From positions 3,700-67,699 of the forward strand of contig JAZQKU010000075.1 of the NCBI GenBank assembly GCA_045542315.1: a stretch of DNA of 64,000 bases, written 5' to 3'. The notes below the pieces were generated by a model that searched no databases, had not been told where the DNA came from, and saw only the letters and a list, made by a program, of their open reading frames with translations. Shown in pieces: positions 16,900 through 24,900 of the stretch. Numbering within the stretch: the stretch's first letter is position 1; the number at the start of each line of letters is the position of its first letter. The position numbers were made by a program, and so were the translations under genes. The stretch comes from Eubacteriales bacterium. GTDB taxonomy: Bacteria; Bacillota; Clostridia; Oscillospirales; RGIG5299.

Positions 16900-18610
16900 C
16901 TGAAGCTCGATTATTTCTTAATTTTAAGCAACATAAAAGAGCAAGAATTACTCCTTGCTTCATTTTTTATAAAAAATAACTATGCTGCTACGCGATAGGC
17001 AAATCCAACAAAATGCTTGGTTCTTAGATTGCGTTTATCTCTTCTTCCGGGACGTATGGGTTCTGTATATTTTTCAATTTCAATAATCAATTCTTTAAAA
17101 TCTGTTTTTAGTTTTTTATAAAAAAGTCTACACAAATGAACAGCCATCGTGTAATCGACCTTATAATTATAAACGGCATTATCTCGTTTGTGAATTTTTG
17201 CATTGCTCACTATTCGACTACAATAATTATACATAATTATTGATGAATATATCTCTTGTTTTACTAAATCCTCTTTTTTGCAATGGAAATTAATTAATCC
17301 TACTACATACTTTACTTCTCGAAAAGACGTCTCTATTCCCCAACGCATATGATAAAGCGCTTTAATCTCTGACATGGAAAATTTACTGCGGGGTAACGAA
17401 GTTATAACGGTTTCATATTCACCGGTATCTAACATAAAGCGAACTACACGAAAACTCATTGCATAGGGAGACCCGAAATCCCAATTTCTCATAACTGTGT
17501 TGGAACTATAGCACTTATTTTTATTGTGGATTTGTATAAATATCCTGTTATGCATTTTATCTTCTTTGGTTTGAGTTGTAGTTAACTCAAAAGAAATGTC
17601 TTTATCAAGTTCTATCATCGGAAGCTTCGAAATATCACGAAAAGCTCCCTTTCCTTGCTTGACTCGCATTAAAAAGTCTACGTTTTCCGTATTAATTAAA
17701 TGAGCAATCAAATTATATCCTTCATAACCGCGATCGGCAATAATTATATTATTCCCTTGAAATGCATTACGCTTTAACATCGTTATCAATGCTTCGTGTT
17801 CGTTAGATTTCGGAACAGGTTGTAGTAATATATCTTTGAAGGTCCTATTTAGTACATCGTATAAGGCATTTAAGTGAGTTTGGTTAAATCCTTTTTCATT
17901 TTTCAGAGTTGTAATAAAGCTTTCTAAATCAGGATTGCGAAAATGATTGATCTTCGACCCATCAACCGCAAAAACTCTATATCCTTTATATTTTTCTCTA
18001 TCGTTACTTAATGAGTTGAATTGCTTTAATATTGTTTCAAAAGCCTGATATTGTATTTTTGAACGTTGCTGCACAAACGCAGATGAGGTGACGTCAATTT
18101 TATTTGTCTTCCCAAAGTCATACAACTCTTTCTTTAGTGAGCCACCTTCCATCGATATAATAAGCTTAATGACCTTTTCTAATGTCAATTTACGGTTCCG
18201 TGTGAAATCGGTGGTGGGATTTTTAACAAAATCCTGTTTGTTTGCAATTACGAATTCAATTGCCTTTTCTAAATTTTGATGAATGTTTTTTACAATAGAC
18301 ATTATTTCCTTTCCGTATGCAGGTGCGGTTTAGAACTATAAAAGGGATACTTTAAATATCCGAAAGTTCTGTTCCGGCAGAACCTTTTTTCTTTTATAGT
18401 GGGGGTTTTAACACAAAAACGCCCTTACATACAAAAAACACTTGAAACATTACTGTGATGTAAACGTGTAAATAAATCACATTGTTTACAAGCAAGTGCT
18501 TTTTTAAAATGTAAGAGCGCAACACCTCAACCATATATCATGGAATTCTTGCCTATTCGATTTTTGTTTTGTACATTATACTCTATTATAGCATTTGATG
18601 TCAAGGAAAA
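16900..18610 (-). mobile_element. IS4-family insertion sequence; boundaries not resolved
   Basis: Contains the transposase CDS and a terminator-like hairpin (agcaag...cttgct) just past its stop. A possible TTGACA-18 nt-TATAAT promoter lies on the minus strand at 18575-18604. I could not identify terminal inverted repeats by eye. Confidence 0.4.
16980..18302 (-). CDS. IS4-family DDE transposase
   Basis: 440 aa with FAVDGS, ADRGYEGYNLIAHL and YHMRWGIETSFREVKY (Y-x2-R-x3-E-x6-K signature of the IS4 family). Confidence 0.85.
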   Translation of the reverse strand: MSIVKNIHQNLEKAIEFVIANKQDFVKNPTTDFTRNRKLTLEKVIKLIISMEGGSLKKELYDFGKTNKIDVTSSAFVQQRSKIQYQAFETILKQFNSLSNDREKYKGYRVFAVDGSKINHFRNPDLESFITTLKNEKGFNQTHLNALYDVLNRTFKDILLQPVPKSNEHEALITMLKRNAFQGNNIIIADRGYEGYNLIAHLINTENVDFLMRVKQGKGAFRDISKLPMIELDKDISFELTTTQTKEDKMHNRIFIQIHNKNKCYSSNTVMRNWDFGSPYAMSFRVVRFMLDTGEYETVITSLPRSKFSMSEIKALYHMRWGIETSFREVKYVVGLINFHCKKEDLVKQEIYSSIIMYNYCSRIVSNAKIHKRDNAVYNYKVDYTMAVHLCRLFYKKLKTDFKELIIEIEKYTEPIRPGRRDKRNLRTKHFVGFAYRVAA

Positions 18611-18673
18611 ATGTTATTATTATAATCGATTGGATTTTAAATTTACGCTATTTTTCATTTCTGTAAAAATATG

Positions 18674-18702
18674 TTGAATTTAGAAATTTAATGTGGTATA
18701 AT
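18674..18702 (+). promoter_or_regulatory. near-consensus sigma-A promoter upstream of the giant surface-protein gene
   Basis: TTGAAT at 18674-18679, a 17-nt spacer ending in TGG, and TATAAT at 18697-18702. Confidence 0.65.
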
Positions 18703-18708
18703 ATATAT

Positions 18709-18921
18709 GCCAAACCAAATGAATAATTGAAAGCAAGAACTATTTTTATCTTTATAGGGATAACTATAGTTTTTTTGCGTTGTATCCAAAACGAATTTGA
18801 TAAAAATGCAAATTCCCATTGGATATAGCGTAGAGTTGTTCTTGCTTTTTCAGTTGGTTTGGCGACTATCGGAGTTTGCATTTTAATGCGGCTGCTTCGG
18901 TAGTCGCATTTTTTATTTTTT
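18709..18921 (+). promoter_or_regulatory. structured leader ending in an intrinsic terminator, immediately before the RBS of the 2810-aa gene
   Basis: There are two perfect long-range complements: 18709-18718 with 18854-18863 (10 bp), and 18730-18740 with 18838-18848 (11 bp). The terminator stem is 18885-18895 / 18900-18910 with a UUCG loop and a T-run to 18921. An alternative pairing joins 18862-18872 with 18897-18907. Confidence 0.55.
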
Positions 18922-18934
18922 GGAGGAAAAATAA

Positions 18935-21900
18935 ATGCAATTTTGGAAAAACCTCAGACGATTAATTTCGTTCTTGCTGTGTATTGTAATGATTTCAACG
19001 ATGCTGCCTATGGGTATTTTTACAGTTAGTGCGGAAACCACAGATGGCGATTATATCTATACAGTATCAAATGGTGAGGCAATTATAATCGGGTACAACT
19101 CCATCAGTGGCAGTGTTGTTATACCCTCAACTTTAGGTGGATATCCTGTAACGGCTATAGGCGAGTATGCTTTTGAAAGTTGTTGGGGCTTAGAAGGTAT
19201 TATAATTCCAGACAGTATTACAATTATAGGCGATTACGCGTTCTCTTATTGCGGTGATCTTGCAAGTGTTATACTAGGTAATAGTGTTATAACTATAGGA
19301 GATTCTGCATTCTCTGATTGTTGGGAACTTAAAAATATAACAATTCCCGACAGCGTTATAACTATAGATGATTATGCATTTGCTTATTGTTCCAACCTTC
19401 AGAGCGTCACCTTGGGCAAGAGTGTTGCAACCATAGGCTCTGGAGCATTCTCTAGTTGCGATGGCCTTGAGAGTATTACAATTCCCGATAGCGTTATAAC
19501 TATAGGCAATTCTGCATTTAGGAATTGTTATAACCTTGAGAGTATTATAATTCCAGATAGCGTTACGACTATAGGCAGTTATGCATTTGCTAGTTGCTCT
19601 AACCTTGAGAACATCACTGTCGATAATAATAACAATTATTATTCTTCATTCGATGGGGTGTTATTTAATAAAGATAAAACAACACTTTTATCTTATCCTA
19701 AAGGTAATAAAGCAACGTCTTATACAATTCCCAATAGTGTTACAACTATAGAAGATGAGGCATTTTCTAATTGCGATAACCTTAATAATATTATAATTCC
19801 CGATAGTGTTACAACTATAGCCGACAGAGCGTTATCTTATTGTGACAATCTTAGGAGTGTTACAATTTTTAATGGCGTTATAACTATAGGCAATTCTGCA
19901 TTTAGGAATTGTTATAACCTTGAGAGTATTATAATTCCAGATAGCGTTACGACTATAGGCAGTTATGCATTTGCTAGTTGCACTAACCTTGACAGTGTAA
20001 CACTGGGAAAGGGTGTTGAAATCATAGGCTCTAGTGCATTCTCCAATTGTGATACCCTTCAGAATATCACTATTGATAATAATAACAATTATTATTCTTC
20101 AATCGATGGCAGTCTGTTTGATAAAGATAAAACAACACTTATATCTTATCTTGCAAGCAATACAGCAACGTCTTATACAATTCCTAATAGTGTTGTAGCT
20201 ATAGGTGATTCTGCATTCTCCGGTTGCGAGAATCTTGAGAGTATTACAATTCCCAATAGTGTTGTAACTATAGGTAGGTATGCATTTGAGAATTGTTCTA
20301 ACCTTGAAAGTGTTACAATTCTCAATAGCGCTATAAACATAGGCCATGGTGCATTTGATGGTTGTTCTAACCTTAAAAGCATAAGCAAACCGGCTGATAC
20401 TGATGAGTTTGCAGGAGGATGCGGCACAGAAACAGATCCGTATTTAATTGTAACAGAAGAACATCTTGACAATGTTCGTGATTATCTTTATGCACATTTT
20501 AAAATGATTGCGGATATTGAGTTTGCCGATAGTATAAATTGGGAACCGATTGGCGATGATTACAAACCCTTTACAGGCACCTTTGACGGAAATGGATGTA
20601 AGATTAAAAACCTTTATATTTATACTGAATATACCGGTGGAAGCGGTGTCGGACTTTTTGGTTATATCAAAGAAGGCACTGTAAAAAATCTCGGATTAGA
20701 AAACGGAAATATAACTGCGACCGAGGAAGAATGGTCCTCTTTACCCGGAGGAGGAATGGGAGTTGGTAGGGATCCGACAGTATACGTAGGCAGCATTGCA
20801 GGAATTGTAGAGAAAGGCACAATAACTAACTGTTACAATACAGGTAATGTATCTGGTTTAAATCCCGCAGATCCTTATACAGGCGGTATTGTGGGCGATT
20901 TATATGGAGGAACAATATCTGATTGCTATAATACCGGTAACATTACAGGAGAGGGTTGGGCTACTGGTGGTATTGCGGGTACTGCTTCAGGCACAATAAC
21001 CAATTGTTATAATGTAGGTAATGTTTCTGCAACTTCAACTTACGAATTTTACGTAGGTGGTATTATTGGCTCTGCTTCAGGCACAGTTTCTAATTGCTAT
21101 TATTTAGATAATATTTCTGTTGGTGTAGGGAACGGAACCGACACTTGCACAAAATGCTCTTGCGAAGAAATGCAACATCAATCAACCTTCGTTGGTTTTG
21201 ATTTTAACGAGGTTTGGGTTATTAATAGCAATATTAAGTATAAATTTCCTCAATTGCAAAACAATCCTTACATTGTTGAACTGTTATCAATTGAAATAAC
21301 CGTAAAACCAACCAAACTCACATATATCGAAGGTGAACCCATTGACCCGACAGGAATGGTTGTTACGGCTTACTATAACAATAACACTTCGAAAATTGTC
21401 ACGGATTACGCCGTTAGCGGTTCCACCGCTAACCCCGGAACTTCAACAATTACCATAACCTACGGCGGTAAAACCGCAACATTTAACGTTACGGTTGAAA
21501 CAAAGCAACTCACATCTATTGCGGTAACTACAAAACCCACCAAATTCACCTATCTTGAAGGCGAATCCTTTGACAAAACCGGTATGGTTGTTACCGCATA
21601 TTATAGCAATGGCACTTCCGAAATCATAACTGACTACGCCGTAAGCGGTTACGATTCAAATCCAGGAACTTATACAATTACCATAACCCATGGTGGAAAG
21701 ACTGCAACATTCAACGTTACAGTTGATGCAAAGCGACTCACATCTATTGCAGTTACAACAAAACCCAATAAGCTCACTTATTTTGAAGGCGAAAATTTTG
21801 ATGCCACAGGGTTGGTTGTCACGGCGTATTATAACAATAACTCCTCTGAAGTTATAAATAATTACACCATAAGTGGCTACGATTCTACGATTGGGAAAAA

Positions 21901-24900
21901 AGACATTGCAGTTACTTATAACGGTAGAGTCTACTATTTTTCCGTCGAAGTTATACCTATAGAAATTAAATTCATAAAGGTTACTACAGAACCAAGTAAA
22001 CTCACCTATGTCGTAGGCGAAGATTTTGATGCCACAGGTATGGTCGTTACGGCTTATTATAATAATGGTGCCTCTGAAGTTATAACCGATTACACCATAA
22101 GTAGTGATCCGTTTTCTGTTGTTGGTACTTATATGATCACTATAACTTATCGTGATAAAACTGATATTTTGATTGCTACGGTTATTCCTGTAGAACTCAT
22201 TTCAATAAAGGTTACCACAAAACCTAATCAACTCACCTATCACGAAGGAGAAGCCTTTAAAACTACAGGTATGGTTGTTACGGCTTATTATAACAATGGC
22301 ACCTCTGAAGTTATAACCGATTATACTGTCAGCGGTTATAATTCTGATTCTGGTACTAACAGCATTACTGTAGCTTACTGTGGTAAGACTGACAGTTTTG
22401 AACTCGAGGTAATTCCGCTTACTTCAATAGAAGTAGCTACGAAACCTACAAAACTTATATATCTCGAAGGCGACAACTTAAGCACAAGCGGTATGGTCGT
22501 TGTTGCGTATTACAGTGATGGCTACTCTATAAAAATAAGTGGGGCTAACATTCCTTATGGTTTTTACACTGTCTCCGGCTATACCTCCACTCCGGGCACA
22601 AAGACGATCACTGTAGCTTACTGTGGTAAGACTGACAGTTTTGAGGTTGAAGTAAGTCCAATTACTTCAATTACCGTTGGCAGACCAAATAAACTCACTT
22701 ATCTCGAAGGTGAAGATTTTGATGCTACGGGTATGGAGATTTATGTCTATTGCGCCAATCTTCAACTACCGGGTGATACTGTTCGAAATTATTATATAAG
22801 CACAACTGATTACACCATTAATGGCTATACTTCTACACCCGGTATTAAAACTATTACTATTACTTGCTGGGGTAAAACCGACAGTTTTGAGGTTGAAGTC
22901 CTTCCGCTTACTTCAATAGAAGTAACTACGAAACCTACTAAGCTCACCTATCTCGAAGGCGAAGATTTTGATGCTACGGGTATGGTTGTCACGGCTTATT
23001 ACAATAATTATATTCCTGTAGTTATAACTGATTATATAGTAGATGGGTACGATTCTGAATCAGGCACTAAAAACATTACTGTAACTTTCAATGGTAAAAC
23101 CGATAGTTTTAAAGTCGATGTAAGTCCGGAGGGACTCACCTCAATAGCTGTCGCTAAAAAACCAAGCAAGCGCACATATCTTGAAGGCGAAAGTTTTGAC
23201 GCTACAGATATGGTTGTTGTTGCGTATTACAGTGATGGCTACTTTGAACGAATAACAGACTACACCGTTAGTGGTTATACCTCTAAACCTGGTACTAAAA
23301 CAATTACTGTCAAATTTAACGGTAAAACTGATTCTTTTTCCGTTGTTGTCAATGATAAGGTTCCATCAACTAAAGTCTACTATTCAGATATCTTCTACGG
23401 ATATGATGCCTCGTATTTATCCAATGATGTTGGGTTAAAAATGCATTATTCGGATACCCATATTATTGAAAGAATATATAACGAGTATGCTGCAAGTAAC
23501 CAGAGTTTTTGGACTCAGTTTGAAACTGCGTTGGATGCAAGCCTCCCAGTGTTTAAATTGGATTTTAGACAGTATGCAATGTTGATGTCAGACACATTCG
23601 GAGGCACCGACTATATTTATCAGAAATCTTTAGATAGTGCCAATTTGGTATTTGCCCAAAATATATTCAAAAGCTACAGGGGGGCTGTTTTATCTGAAGA
23701 TGCAGATACATTTGGCGCTGCTAAAAAACTTTATAAGCGCGTAGAGTCACTGCTTAAAGTTTATGATACTTTCGAAAAAAACTACGACGTATATGAGATG
23801 ACAGACTACGAAGTCTTTTATGAAATGTTTGAGTATGTTAAGGGCCAAGGAATTTTTGTTTTTGTTGGTAGTGCAAACATAACCAAAATTGAAGAAGTAG
23901 TTCTAAAAGACGTTAAAAAATATATGGATATGTTTGATAAAGCAGCAACCGCGGCAGAAGTTGCTCAAGCAATTCTTATAGCCGCTATGATGGAAGATGT
24001 TAGAATGGAAATTGTTGATGAAGTTCTTGCAGCTGCTCCCACAGATTCAGTCATATACGATGGAATGTCGCGCTTAAAGAAACAACTCTCTGGAGGCTTT
24101 GTTACCTATTTTGCCGAAAACTATTTGAAAGAGGTCTTTTTGGATACTCTTGTTAAAGGAATTACTAAGCCCATAGTAGATACAATTAGAGAAGAACACG
24201 GTACATATGCTCTTTGTGTTGATGCGCTGTCAGTGGCATCGTGGGTATTCTTTGATCGTATATTTGATATTCCAGATCTTGGAGAAATGACAACCCAAAA
24301 GGTTTTGGGAGATTATGTTAACGGTTTTCACGAGATTCTTAAATCAAAATGTAATGCATTTAATGAGCAATTTACCGTAGATGATATATCAAAATTTGAA
24401 GCACTATTCGATGGTTATATTGCAGCTACAAATGCAGCACTTGAAGAGTCTAAAAAATTCCAATTGCCGAGCAACGAAGAAGATCTTCTTATTGCTACTG
24501 TTTTGTGGCAAAATTATGATTATGATGATTATATAAACGATATTATCAAAGAAATTGAAAATACTCCTGTTTCCGAAAGAAAAATTAAGTTTTTTGAGGA
24601 ATGGGACTATAACTTAGGAGATAAGTTCAGGGTTGCATCAGATACTATTGAAAAAAATTCAATATATATGTTTAACGGCGATTTTTTGGCAAATATGTAT
24701 ATTAGTTTTATTGTATATGATGATATATTTACAATATTTGCCGATGAAACAACACAAATAAGTATAAAGGGGGATTTAAATGTCTATAATCCATATAACG
24801 GTTATATCTATACTGATGATGGTCACTATAATCTTTTTATAACGATTCCTGAAGGAAAAACCTTGCGAATTGGTGGTAATTTTACAGTTGGTGGCGCAAA

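Noticed and set aside
16861-18589. An 11-nt direct repeat, tatactctatt (16861-16871 and 18579-18589), as a possible IS4 target-site duplication.
   Set aside because: The sequences immediately inside the two copies show no terminal inverted repeats, so the IS boundaries remain unresolved.
18648-18881. A 77-aa minus-strand ORF between the IS4 element and the giant gene.
   Set aside because: It overlaps the plus-strand promoter and the long-range helices of the leader. It has no RBS and a hydrophobic, low-complexity translation.
19050-23355. Highly periodic nucleotide repeats that could be mistaken for a CRISPR or tandem-repeat array.
   Set aside because: They are in-frame coding repeats (LRR and Ig-like units) of one continuous ORF. 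The units are diverged and of variable length, with no spacer/repeat alternation.
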